Shown here piece by piece: positions 9,171-18,534 of a stretch of 64,000 bases of DNA. The notes under the pieces are model-generated. The model saw only the letters and a program-made list of their open reading frames with translations, was not told where the DNA came from and made no database searches. The position numbers and the translations under genes were made by a program. Within the stretch, counting starts at the first letter, position 1. The number at the start of each line of letters is the position of its first letter. This stretch comes from an uncultured SAR324 cluster bacterium (lineage in GTDB: Bacteria; SAR324; NAC60-12): assembly GCA_902564345.1 (NCBI GenBank), contig CACFAY010000004.1, positions 13,336 to 77,335 on the forward strand. The letters run 5' to 3'.

Positions 9171-9998
9171 CTAAACTCCTTTTATCGCACGCAAAACCAA
9201 TTCAGATATTACAGCAATACGGTAGGCTGCAGTTCCTCGAATATCATTAATAGGCTCCAAGTTTTCAAGATGTAATGGTTTGATTTCTATATCCTGTAAT
9301 TTTTGTCCTATTGCTTCCTCCTCCAGTAAGTATAGTCTCTTTGATACAGCTGAGCAGGAACCAACTGCAACATTCAAATTCTCTATTTCTCTGGATTCAT
9401 TAAAATCAACAACCACTCCTACCATGGCTATTGAAATTACTAAAAATGCCCTCGATCCCAATTTCTCAAAATTCCCTCTTGCCTCTTTACTGGGAAAAGG
9501 AATTATAAGTCCTGTCACAAGTTCATTATCCTTCCTTGCAATTTTTCTATTACCAAGAATAAATTTTTCTAGTGGAAGAATCCTTGTTTCCTTAACGGAC
9601 ATCAATTGTACTTTTGCCTCAAGAGCCAATAAATTTGGGATACTGTCAGCTGCTGGAGAGGCATTACATACATTACCACAAATTGTCCCAGCGTTCTGGG
9701 TTTGAACTCCTCCTATTGTCTTCGAAGCTTTTCTTAAACCCTCAAATGCCTCAGGAAGATTTGCTTTGAAGATATCAGTCCAAGTTGTCAGTGCACCTAT
9801 ATATATCTGATCCTTAGTCTCCTTGATTGAGCGTAATTCTTTAATACCCGTCAAATCCAAAACTTTTTCTTTTATATGTTTACCAACTCTTGCAGGATAG
9901 AAGTCAGTTCCTCCAGCCAACATAGTCCATGAATTTTCACTCAAGGCAACAAGTCCGTCATTAAGATTCTCAGGACGATAATAATTACGCATCATCAA
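9171..9998 (-). CDS. XDH-family FAD-binding subunit (CoxM/XdhB-like)
   Basis: 275 aa. LAGGTDFYP FAD-binding motif and a C-terminal DIRGTAAYR (CO dehydrogenase flavoprotein C-terminal type). A 6-nt gap separates it from the Mo subunit. Confidence 0.8.
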   Translation of the reverse strand: MMMRNYYRPENLNDGLVALSENSWTMLAGGTDFYPARVGKHIKEKVLDLTGIKELRSIKETKDQIYIGALTTWTDIFKANLPEAFEGLRKASKTIGGVQTQNAGTICGNVCNASPAADSIPNLLALEAKVQLMSVKETRILPLEKFILGNRKIARKDNELVTGLIIPFPSKEARGNFEKLGSRAFLVISIAMVGVVVDFNESREIENLNVAVGSCSAVSKRLYLLEEEAIGQKLQDIEIKPLHLENLEPINDIRGTAAYRIAVISELVLRAIKGV

Positions 9999-10274
9999 AT
10001 CTTTCTATGTTAAATTCATTTTGTAATAAAAAAATTCTACAAAAATAATTAGACTTAAACTGCCGCACAGCGTAACTCATGAAAGCTAATTTAACAACTT
10101 TTTATTGTGAGATTTTTTCAGGACACAATTGCTTTTAATAGAATTTGCTGACATCGATGACAAATTAAGCATTTAAAAAAATTAAAATTGTTGAATGCCA
10201 TAAATTCTTGCCCGAAAAAATAATATACTGTAGTATTCATTCAGTTCTAGATATTAATATAAATCTATTTAAAA

Positions 10275-13200
10275 ATGTTTACCCACCTTCATCTCCACAC
10301 ACAATATTCACTCCTTGAGGGAGCGATAAGAATTAAAGATCTAGCAGCAGCCCTTAAGGAAAAAGGTTATGAGTCATGTGCCATAACTGATCATGGCAAT
10401 ATGTTTGGTGCAATAGAATTCTATCATACTATGAAAGCGGAAAACCTGAAGCCTATAATCGGTGTAGGTGCATCAGTCGCTGAAGAGGAAGAAACTCAGC
10501 TGGAGCTGAACAACTATGGAAGAAAAAAATTCTCACCGAGCCAGATCCAGTTACTATGTCTCAATCGTATGGGGTATCAAAACCTAAGTTTCATGCTTAG
10601 CTTGAGTTATACAGAGGGGAAAGTTAATGGAACACCCTGCATAAACTATCAATTACTTGAAAAATATAATGAAGGTTTGATTGCACTCAGTGGTGGAATG
10701 AATAGTCAAATTAATCGATTAATTTCTAACGGACGCATAGATGAGGCACGCCAAACTGCTATCTGGTACAAAGATCATTTTACTGACCGGTATTATATTG
10801 AACTTCAAAATACGGGGCTCCCAGACCAAAAATCGCTGAATGAACAGTTAATCATGATTGGAGATGAATTGGATATTCCAGTAGCAGGCACAAACGATTG
10901 TTTCTATCTCTCTAAGGAAGAAGCTGAAGCACAATATATTCTATGGCTGATGGGATTGCAGCTCAGAGTGACCGATGAGGGTATACCTCAAATGCAAGGA
11001 AACCAAAGATATTTAAAAAGTCCTGATGAAATGCTATCCGCATTTGCTGAACTTCCACTGATTGCTTTAGATAATGCAAGTAAAATTGCTGAACAGTGTG
11101 ATTTGTCGTTAGAAAACAATAAAATTTTCCTTCCGCAAATCTCTACTAAAGAGAATGAAACGCTTGACTTGAAGCTTCGCAATGAGTCAACTGCGGGACT
11201 TGAAAACCGACTGAAGAAACTTTTTAAACTCTACACACCGGAATGTTCATTTGAAGAATTTCGCAAGCAGTATGATGAACGTTTAAATTTTGAGCTTGAA
11301 GTCATAGTTCAGATGGAGTTCCCTGGTTATTTTTTGATTGTTTCAGAATTTATAAAATGGTCTAAGGAAAACGGGATCTCAGTGGGGCCAGGTCGAGGTT
11401 CAGGAGCAGGTTCACTTGTGGCATACGCGCTTTTGATTACCGATATAGATCCTTTGCGATACGGACTTCTTTTTGAACGTTTTCTAAATCCTTACCGTGT
11501 TAGTCTTCCAGACTTTGACATTGATTTTGATGTAGATGGCAGAGACAAGGTAATCGAACATGTACGCCAAATTTATGGTGAAAAAAATGTATGCCAGATT
11601 TCAACCTTTGGATCGCTTAAAGCGAAAGCAGTTGTTAGGGGCGTAGCAAGAGTTTTGGATTTTCCATATTCTCAGGCAGACAAAATCGCAAAATTAATTC
11701 CAAATGATTTGAATATAACACTTGATGATGCTCTGGGAAAAGTTATTGAATTGTCATCTCTTGCAGAAGAGGGTAGTGATAATGAAAAAAAACTGATTAC
11801 ATTCAGCAGACAACTTGAGGATTTGAATACTCATCTTGGAACCCATGCAGCAGGAGTTATCATCATGGACAAGGATATTCGTGATGTCATGCCTGTATGT
11901 ACCGGTAAGGATGGGACATTACAATCAATGTATCCAATGAAATACGCTGAAGACCAAGGAGCGGTAAAGTTTGATTTCCTTGGTTTGCAGAACCTATCCA
12001 CAATTGACAATACAGTTGATTTAATAAAAAAAAGCCGTCCCGATTCAGCTAATATTGATATAACCAGTATAAAGATGGATGACAGACTTACGTTCGATTT
12101 GCTCTGCAGTGGAAACACAGTGGGAGTTTTCCAACTTGAATCTTCAGGTATGAAGCGTTTAGTGGCAAGCATGCAACCCTCATCTTTTGAAGACATCGTA
12201 GCTATTTTGGCTCTATACCGTCCTGGACCTTTAGGTTCAGGAATGGTGGAAGACTATGTGCAATGTAAGCATGGACGTAAAAAAGTGGTTTATCCACACC
12301 CACTCATGGAAGACATTTTAAGAGAAACATATGGTGTACTTGTTTATCAGGAACAGATTATCCAATGCGTACAGATCTTAGCAGGATTTTCCCTGGGTCA
12401 GGCAGATTTGTTGCGGAGAGCAATTGGCAAAAAGTCTCCTGATATATTAGCTGAACAACGAACCAAATTTGTTGAAGGTTGTGTTAAAAACCTAAATTTT
12501 GTTAATTTGTGCCCTCAAAGAAGTACACCTGAAGAAAAAGCCAATGAAATATTTGACACAATAAACTATTTTTCTGGTTATGGCTTTAACAAATCTCACA
12601 GTGTTGCATATGGATTAATTTCCTATCAAACTGCTTTTCTCAAGGCTCACTATCCTGTGCAACTCATGGCCGCGTTATTTAATGGTTCAATCAATAACCA
12701 AGACAATATTATAAATTATATAAATGAATGCAAAACCATGGGTATTAAGGTTTTGCCACCTGATGTTAATCACAGCACTAAACATTTTACAGTTGCAAAG
12801 GCTGAATTTAGAGTTACCGAAGCAACTATTGCACATTTTGAAAGAGAATTTGTAGTCAAGAGAGCTATTTTGGATGAAAAAACTTCTGAATGGTTGGAGC
12901 CAACACTTGAATCAATGAAAAAGCTAAAAAATAAAAATTTTGAGCATGAGGAAGATTTTTTAGCTGCATTTTCCATAAACATAAGAACTGCTAACAATGC
13001 AAATCCTGCTTCAAACTTAAGACCACCATCTGAATTTTTTTCATGGCTAAGTCAGGAGGCAAGAATTGAAGTTATTCGATTTGGTATGAACGCCGTGAAG
13101 AATGTTAGTGGGAAAGCAGTAGATGCTATTTTAAAGGTTAGAAATGAAAACGGTGAACTTAAGGACTTCATGGAATTCATGAAGAAAGTTAATCTGAATG

Positions 13201-14078
13201 AAGTAAATCGGAGAATGTTTGAAACCCTTGTTAAATGTGGCGCATTTGATTCACTTCATGAAAATAGAGCACAGCTAGCAGCAGCACTGGATAGTGCATT
13301 TCACTTGGCCCAAGAGTTCCAGCGCGCAGAAGATAAATCACAAACTTCTTTGTTTGAATTATTAGATTCAAGTGATGTGAAAGCAACAGAAACCAGACTT
13401 AATTTTCCAGAGATCAAAAATTGGCCAAAAAGAGAACGCCTCAATCAGGAAAAAGCTGCACTGGGATTTTACGTATCCGGACATCCATTAGACAGCTTTT
13501 CCTCAGAAATCAAATTTCTGGCTACAACAACCTCAAAATTAAAAGATGGTGTTCACCCTGAAAAAGAAAAGATATCATTGATTGGTACTATAGTTAACAA
13601 TATTGTCCGTCTCAACCAAAACAACGAAAAATATGCCATTGTAACTCTAGAAGATATGTTAGGAACAATAGAGTTCCCTGTTTTCGCAAGTGTATATGAA
13701 AAAACAGGTGATTTATTGGAAAGAGATGAACCCCTTTTGGTAACTGGGAGAGTAAATCACCGTGAGGAAGATGTAAGCCTATATGCAGATAGTATCAGGC
13801 CTCTTTCAAAGATTAGGGAAGAAGAAGCAAGTAAAATGCTTATACAATTTGGACCTGAAACATTTAAACAAGAATCTATGAATCTACTAAGGAATATATT
13901 GCAAAAATATGCAGGGGACAAAATATTTTCTTTTTCAATACAAACTTCAGAATCCGCAACAGTTCAGATTACTCCTGAAGAAAGAGTTGATTTCACACCT
14001 GAATTGATAGAAGAACTTGAGGAAATACTTCCTTTACAAAAACTTGAATTCAGTTATTCTTCTGATAAAATTCAGTAA
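10275..14078 (+). CDS. dnaE: DNA polymerase III alpha subunit
   Basis: 1267 aa. PHP domain FTHLHLHTQYSLLEGA, GPGRGSGAGSLVAYALLITDIDP, PDFDIDF, the internal clamp-binding-like QTSLF, and an OB-fold C-terminus. Confidence 0.95.
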   Translation: MFTHLHLHTQYSLLEGAIRIKDLAAALKEKGYESCAITDHGNMFGAIEFYHTMKAENLKPIIGVGASVAEEEETQLELNNYGRKKFSPSQIQLLCLNRMGYQNLSFMLSLSYTEGKVNGTPCINYQLLEKYNEGLIALSGGMNSQINRLISNGRIDEARQTAIWYKDHFTDRYYIELQNTGLPDQKSLNEQLIMIGDELDIPVAGTNDCFYLSKEEAEAQYILWLMGLQLRVTDEGIPQMQGNQRYLKSPDEMLSAFAELPLIALDNASKIAEQCDLSLENNKIFLPQISTKENETLDLKLRNESTAGLENRLKKLFKLYTPECSFEEFRKQYDERLNFELEVIVQMEFPGYFLIVSEFIKWSKENGISVGPGRGSGAGSLVAYALLITDIDPLRYGLLFERFLNPYRVSLPDFDIDFDVDGRDKVIEHVRQIYGEKNVCQISTFGSLKAKAVVRGVARVLDFPYSQADKIAKLIPNDLNITLDDALGKVIELSSLAEEGSDNEKKLITFSRQLEDLNTHLGTHAAGVIIMDKDIRDVMPVCTGKDGTLQSMYPMKYAEDQGAVKFDFLGLQNLSTIDNTVDLIKKSRPDSANIDITSIKMDDRLTFDLLCSGNTVGVFQLESSGMKRLVASMQPSSFEDIVAILALYRPGPLGSGMVEDYVQCKHGRKKVVYPHPLMEDILRETYGVLVYQEQIIQCVQILAGFSLGQADLLRRAIGKKSPDILAEQRTKFVEGCVKNLNFVNLCPQRSTPEEKANEIFDTINYFSGYGFNKSHSVAYGLISYQTAFLKAHYPVQLMAALFNGSINNQDNIINYINECKTMGIKVLPPDVNHSTKHFTVAKAEFRVTEATIAHFEREFVVKRAILDEKTSEWLEPTLESMKKLKNKNFEHEEDFLAAFSINIRTANNANPASNLRPPSEFFSWLSQEARIEVIRFGMNAVKNVSGKAVDAILKVRNENGELKDFMEFMKKVNLNEVNRRMFETLVKCGAFDSLHENRAQLAAALDSAFHLAQEFQRAEDKSQTSLFELLDSSDVKATETRLNFPEIKNWPKRERLNQEKAALGFYVSGHPLDSFSSEIKFLATTTSKLKDGVHPEKEKISLIGTIVNNIVRLNQNNEKYAIVTLEDMLGTIEFPVFASVYEKTGDLLERDEPLLVTGRVNHREEDVSLYADSIRPLSKIREEEASKMLIQFGPETFKQESMNLLRNILQKYAGDKIFSFSIQTSESATVQITPEERVDFTPELIEELEEILPLQKLEFSYSSDKIQ

Positions 14079-14177
14079 TCTTCCTAATTTATTTCTCGTT
14101 ATTTGACTACAAATTTTATAAGCTGAAATCAGTAAAAATACTTAAAATCCTACAAATTTGTTCCATAAAAAAATTAT

Positions 14178-15353
14178 TTGCTTACATTTGAATACAAATG
14201 CAGCCAGTGTGAAGCCGTTTTTGAAATCACACCGGAACTTATGCTATGTCCAGAATGCGAACCTGGGAAAAAAAGTGGAGAGCCCTTAAAAGGTGTCTTG
14301 GAAGTAGAATTAAATGGGGCCCCTATCAGTAATGATCCGTTGGATTATTTACCGATTGAACGGGAATTTTTTCCAAAGATGCCAGTAGGTAATACACCCC
14401 TATGGCATCCAGTAAGACTTATGAAAAAACATGATTTTTCTGAGCTATATTTTAAAGATGATGGACTTAATCCTACAGGATCATTGAAGGACAGAGCTTC
14501 TCTTTTAGTGGCTGCATTTGCCAGAAAAAACGATATAGATGAAGTTGTAGTTGCTTCCACGGGAAATGCTGGATCTTCAATGTCAGGAGTTGGTGCGGCT
14601 GCAGGACTGAAGGTTAAGCTCTTTTTACCAAAGACAGCACCTCCTGCAAAGATGATTCAGTCGCTACAATACGGTGCAGATCTAGTACTTGCAGAGAAAA
14701 ATTACGATCAGGCATTTGCGCTTTCAATTCAATATTCAAAAAAATTTGGAGGAATGAATCGAAACACTGCTTACAATCCAATGACCATTGAGGGAAAGAA
14801 AACTGTTTCTATTGAAATATTCAACCAGCTGGGCAGAGTGCCTGATCATGTATTCGTCAGCGTTGGAGACGGGGTAATATTGTCAGGATTGTATAAAGGG
14901 TTCAGAGATCTATTAAAGTTTAAAAAGATACCCAGAATGCCAGAAATTCATGCAATTCAGGCAACTGGAAGCTCAGCAATTTTTAAGGCAATGTCTTCTG
15001 GGCAATTTCAAGAACAGTCTGCTGAAACAGTCGCAGATTCCATTTCTGTCAATACGCCGAGTAATGGCTATCTTGCATTAAAAAATCTTAAATCATACGG
15101 TGGTCATTGCATAACATTGACTGATGAAGAAATTCTCTCTGCTCAAAAAGATTTGTCTTCAAGCTGTGGACTTTTTTCAGAGCCTGCAGCGGCCGCAGCA
15201 TATGCCGGATTTACAAAACAGAAAAAAAACCTTGATTCAAACTCAACTTGTGTAGTTCTACTTACAGGAAATGGGCTAAAAGATATAAACTCAGCATCAA
15301 AAAATATAGTGATGCCCCAAAAAACCATTAACTCCCTTGATGAACTTTATTAA
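14178..15353 (+). CDS. Threonine synthase-like fold-type-II PLP enzyme with N-terminal zinc ribbon
   Basis: TTG start. N-terminal CSQC...CPEC. PLP-lysine motif NPTGSLKDRAS and STGNAGSS. The length (391 aa) fits short ThrC-type enzymes. Confidence 0.7.
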   Translation: MLTFEYKCSQCEAVFEITPELMLCPECEPGKKSGEPLKGVLEVELNGAPISNDPLDYLPIEREFFPKMPVGNTPLWHPVRLMKKHDFSELYFKDDGLNPTGSLKDRASLLVAAFARKNDIDEVVVASTGNAGSSMSGVGAAAGLKVKLFLPKTAPPAKMIQSLQYGADLVLAEKNYDQAFALSIQYSKKFGGMNRNTAYNPMTIEGKKTVSIEIFNQLGRVPDHVFVSVGDGVILSGLYKGFRDLLKFKKIPRMPEIHAIQATGSSAIFKAMSSGQFQEQSAETVADSISVNTPSNGYLALKNLKSYGGHCITLTDEEILSAQKDLSSSCGLFSEPAAAAAYAGFTKQKKNLDSNSTCVVLLTGNGLKDINSASKNIVMPQKTINSLDELY

Positions 15354-15391
15354 TATTCATCTTTTATATTCCTAACTTTCAAAAGAGAATT

Positions 15392-16852
15392 ATGATTGAC
15401 CTTACAAAAAATGAAGAAAAAATTGAGCAAAATATACAGCATTGCAGAGAAAGAAAAATCAAACTTCCCACGTTCTCACAAATGCAGAATCCTGAATTAG
15501 TCCCTGATGAAATTAAGGATAATTTAAAAGGAATCAGTTTGTGGGAAACTGATCCAAATAATTTGTTCAGAATCACCTGGAAAAATGAACCTGTTTCCAA
15601 AGGAGGTGGATTTGGAAATGTAAATTATATGGTTATTCCCAGTGAATTATCTGGAGTTAAGGCTAAAATAATCGCTCTTATAGGGAAGTGGTTTCCAACA
15701 GGTGCTCACAAAGTTGGAGCAACATATGGTTGTCTGGTTCCAAATCTTACTACAGGACAATTTTCACCCTCAGAAACTAAGGCCGTCTGGCCCTCAACTG
15801 GTAATTACTGCAGAGGGGGAGCATATGTTTCTTCACTTATGGGATGTGATTCAATAGCTATTTTACCAGAAAACATGTCACGTGAGCGTTTTGATTGGCT
15901 GAATAAAATAGCAGGAGAAATAATTACCACTCCAGGAAGTGAAAGTAATGTAAAAGAAATTTTTGACAAATGTATTGAGTTGAAAAAAACCAGGGATGAC
16001 ATCCTGATTTTCAATCAGTTTGAAGAGTTCGGTAATCCACTTTGGCATTACATGGTAACAGGGCCTGCAGCAGAAGAAGTTTTCAAGTTAGAAATGGGAC
16101 CTAACAGCAGATTAGCTGGAGGTGTCTGTGCATCAGGTTCAGCTGGATCGATGGCATTTGCATATTATCTTAAACAAAAATTTCCTAAGTCCAAGCTTGC
16201 TGTTTCTGAGGCATTGCAGTGCCCTACATTGTTGAACAACGGGTTTGGCGATCATCGAATTGAGGGTATAGGCGATAAACATATACCTTGGATTCATGAC
16301 TGCAAAAATACAGACATGGTGATGGCTGTTAATGACGAGGTTGCAATCAGAATGTTGAGACTTTTTAATGAATCTGCTGGCAGAAAATGCCTTAGTCATT
16401 ATGGGGTTGACATTGAATTTGCTGATCAATTAGATTCAATGGGTATTTCATGCATAACAAATATAATTAGTGCCATTAAATTCGCAAAGTACTATGAACT
16501 TTCAGAGGACGATTATGTTGTGACAATCCTAACTGACTCAATGGAACTTTACGGTTCACGTCTTGAAGAACTGACTATGGAGAGAGGTGAATACACTGAA
16601 ATTGATGCTCACAAGGACTTTCAGCTACTCATGGATACCAGCATTGAAAATATGATTGAACTTACTCATTATGAAAAGAAAAGAATTCATAACCTCAAAT
16701 ATTTTACCTGGATTGAACAGCAAGGAAGGGAAATGGAAGAGTTAAACCAGCAATGGTATGAACATGAAACATACTGGGGAGAAATCTTTTCCTCTGCTTC
16801 AAAAATTGATGAATTAATAATGGATTTCAACAATAGGGTTGATGGTAAGTAA
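15392..16852 (+). CDS. Fold-type-II PLP-dependent enzyme (CysK/TrpB-like), long 486-aa form, function unknown
   Basis: Putative PLP-lysine motif PTGAHKVGATYG and STGNYCRGGA. It has a roughly 130-aa C-terminal extension that I cannot match to any family. Confidence 0.55.
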   Translation: MIDLTKNEEKIEQNIQHCRERKIKLPTFSQMQNPELVPDEIKDNLKGISLWETDPNNLFRITWKNEPVSKGGGFGNVNYMVIPSELSGVKAKIIALIGKWFPTGAHKVGATYGCLVPNLTTGQFSPSETKAVWPSTGNYCRGGAYVSSLMGCDSIAILPENMSRERFDWLNKIAGEIITTPGSESNVKEIFDKCIELKKTRDDILIFNQFEEFGNPLWHYMVTGPAAEEVFKLEMGPNSRLAGGVCASGSAGSMAFAYYLKQKFPKSKLAVSEALQCPTLLNNGFGDHRIEGIGDKHIPWIHDCKNTDMVMAVNDEVAIRMLRLFNESAGRKCLSHYGVDIEFADQLDSMGISCITNIISAIKFAKYYELSEDDYVVTILTDSMELYGSRLEELTMERGEYTEIDAHKDFQLLMDTSIENMIELTHYEKKRIHNLKYFTWIEQQGREMEELNQQWYEHETYWGEIFSSASKIDELIMDFNNRVDGK

Positions 16853-16973
16853 TTATTTAAGGAGATAACTCAAAATTTTTGAAAACTATTTCATAAATAT
16901 TTTCGCAATTTTCTATAAAAGGTATTAATATGAATTGAAGGTCTTTTTCAAAATATTCAGATTATTTTTAATG

Positions 16974-18140
16974 TCAATGTATGAATGACATGTCAAAAAC
17001 TTCTCTTCCTATAAGCATTCTTCTAATTTCATTGGTTCCTGCGCCTATATCGTAAAGTTTAGAGTCTCGAAGAAGCCTGCCTGCAGGATAATCATTAATA
17101 TAACCGTTTCCACCAAGAGCCTGGATTGCCTCTAGGGATACCTTTACAGCATTTTCAGAAGCAAATAACAAGCAGGATGAGGTCTCAATGCGAGAAACTT
17201 CGCCTTTAACACAATTTTGAGCAACTCGATAACAATAGGCTCTAGAAGACTGAAGTGCGGTATACATATCCGCAATTTTACCCTGCATAAGCTCAAAGGT
17301 ACCAATTGGTCTGTCAAACTGTTTGCGTTCGTGCAAATAAGGCAAAACCAAATCCATTGCAGCTTGCATGATTCCAATTGGTCCTCCGGAAAGCACAACT
17401 CTCTCAAAATTGAGCCCACTCATAAGCACCTTTACTCCATCATTAACTTCGTGGATTACATTTTCATGTGGGATTTCACAGTCTTCAAAAACAAGCTCAC
17501 AAGTGTTGGAACCTCTCATTCCAAGCTTGTCCAGTTTTTTTGAAGTGGAAAATCCTTTCATTGATTTTTCTATGATAAAAGCCGTCATTGCCTTTGATCC
17601 CTGATCTTTTGGAGCTGTACGCATATATACTATGAGAACATCTGCATCAGGACCATTTGTAATCCACATCTTTGTACCATTTGCAACCCAGAAATCACCT
17701 CTTTTTTCAGCATGGCATGCCATTGATCCAACCACATCAGATCCTGCACCTGCTTCTGACATTGCCAATGCTCCTATATATTCACCACTGCATAGCTTAT
17801 AAAGGAATCTTTCCCTTTGCTTATCATTAGCATTAAGTAGAAGTTGGTTTACGCATAAGTTTGAATGAGCTCCATATGACAAACCTACTGATGCAGATGC
17901 TCTTGAAATTTCTTCCATCACAATTAAATTTGCTAAGTATGACATCCCTGAGCCTCCAAAAATTTCAGGGACAGTGATCCCAAGAAGACCTAGTTCCCCG
18001 AGTTCGGTCCATAAATGCTGAGGGAATTGATTATTTCGATCGATATCATCTGCAATGGGTGCAATATTTTTTTCTGCAAACTGACGTACGGTTTCACGCA
18101 GCAAATCTATTTCTTCATTGATTTGGATATCCCAATTCAT
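16974..18140 (-). CDS. ivd: Isovaleryl-CoA dehydrogenase (acyl-CoA dehydrogenase family)
   Basis: High-similarity pattern to IVD: [45 protein letters not shown], and the C-terminal [19 protein letters not shown] placed the start at the ATG (MNWDI), 2 nt after the hisI stop. Confidence 0.85.
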   Translation of the reverse strand: MNWDIQINEEIDLLRETVRQFAEKNIAPIADDIDRNNQFPQHLWTELGELGLLGITVPEIFGGSGMSYLANLIVMEEISRASASVGLSYGAHSNLCVNQLLLNANDKQRERFLYKLCSGEYIGALAMSEAGAGSDVVGSMACHAEKRGDFWVANGTKMWITNGPDADVLIVYMRTAPKDQGSKAMTAFIIEKSMKGFSTSKKLDKLGMRGSNTCELVFEDCEIPHENVIHEVNDGVKVLMSGLNFERVVLSGGPIGIMQAAMDLVLPYLHERKQFDRPIGTFELMQGKIADMYTALQSSRAYCYRVAQNCVKGEVSRIETSSCLLFASENAVKVSLEAIQALGGNGYINDYPAGRLLRDSKLYDIGAGTNEIRRMLIGREVFDMSFIH

Positions 18141-18142
18141 GA

Positions 18143-18526
18143 TCAATTTTCAATAGTTTCAAAATGTAATTTTCTGTAAAAACAACTCTTTGCTCCAGTA
18201 TGACATGCGGGGCCAGTTTGTATGACTTTATAAAGCAGAGTATCTTTATCACAATCCACAAGAACTTCTGTGATTTGCTGAACATGTCCAGAAGTCGCCC
18301 CTTTTTTCCAGAGAGTTTTCCTAGACCTTGACCAGTAATGTGCATAACCAGTTTCCTGTGTTTTCCTGACTGCTTCAAGATTTGCATAGGCTAGCATCAG
18401 AATCCTTCCCGACCCATGTTCCTGAGCAATAACGGGAAGAAGCCCGGAAAAATTTTCAAAATCTAAATCTGAAACTGAAAGAATTTCAATTCGTTTCTCA
18501 GATTTTTCAAAAGTAGTGTTTGGCAT
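18143..18526 (-). CDS. hisI: Phosphoribosyl-AMP cyclohydrolase (monofunctional)
   Basis: 127 aa. [49 protein letters not shown]...GPACHTG. Confidence 0.9.
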   Translation of the reverse strand: MPNTTFEKSEKRIEILSVSDLDFENFSGLLPVIAQEHGSGRILMLAYANLEAVRKTQETGYAHYWSRSRKTLWKKGATSGHVQQITEVLVDCDKDTLLYKVIQTGPACHTGAKSCFYRKLHFETIEN

Positions 18527-18534
18527 TTGACCTC

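Noticed and set aside
9280-9705. 141-aa plus-strand ORF
   Set aside because: It is fully antisense to the XDH-family FAD subunit, which has clear motifs. It is a shadow ORF.
11831-12196. 121-aa minus-strand ORF (also 10988-11182 and 12770-12997)
   Set aside because: These are antisense within dnaE.
12795-13064. DnaE insertion considered as a mini-intein or mobile insertion
   Set aside because: At about 90 aa it is too short. It has no Cys/Ser at the N-junction, no His-Asn plus Cys/Ser/Thr at the C-junction and no endonuclease motifs. I kept it only as a lineage-specific insertion.
18115-18387. 90-aa minus-strand ORF overlapping hisI in another frame
   Set aside because: The hisI frame carries the diagnostic cyclohydrolase motifs, and the alternative frame has no recognisable features.
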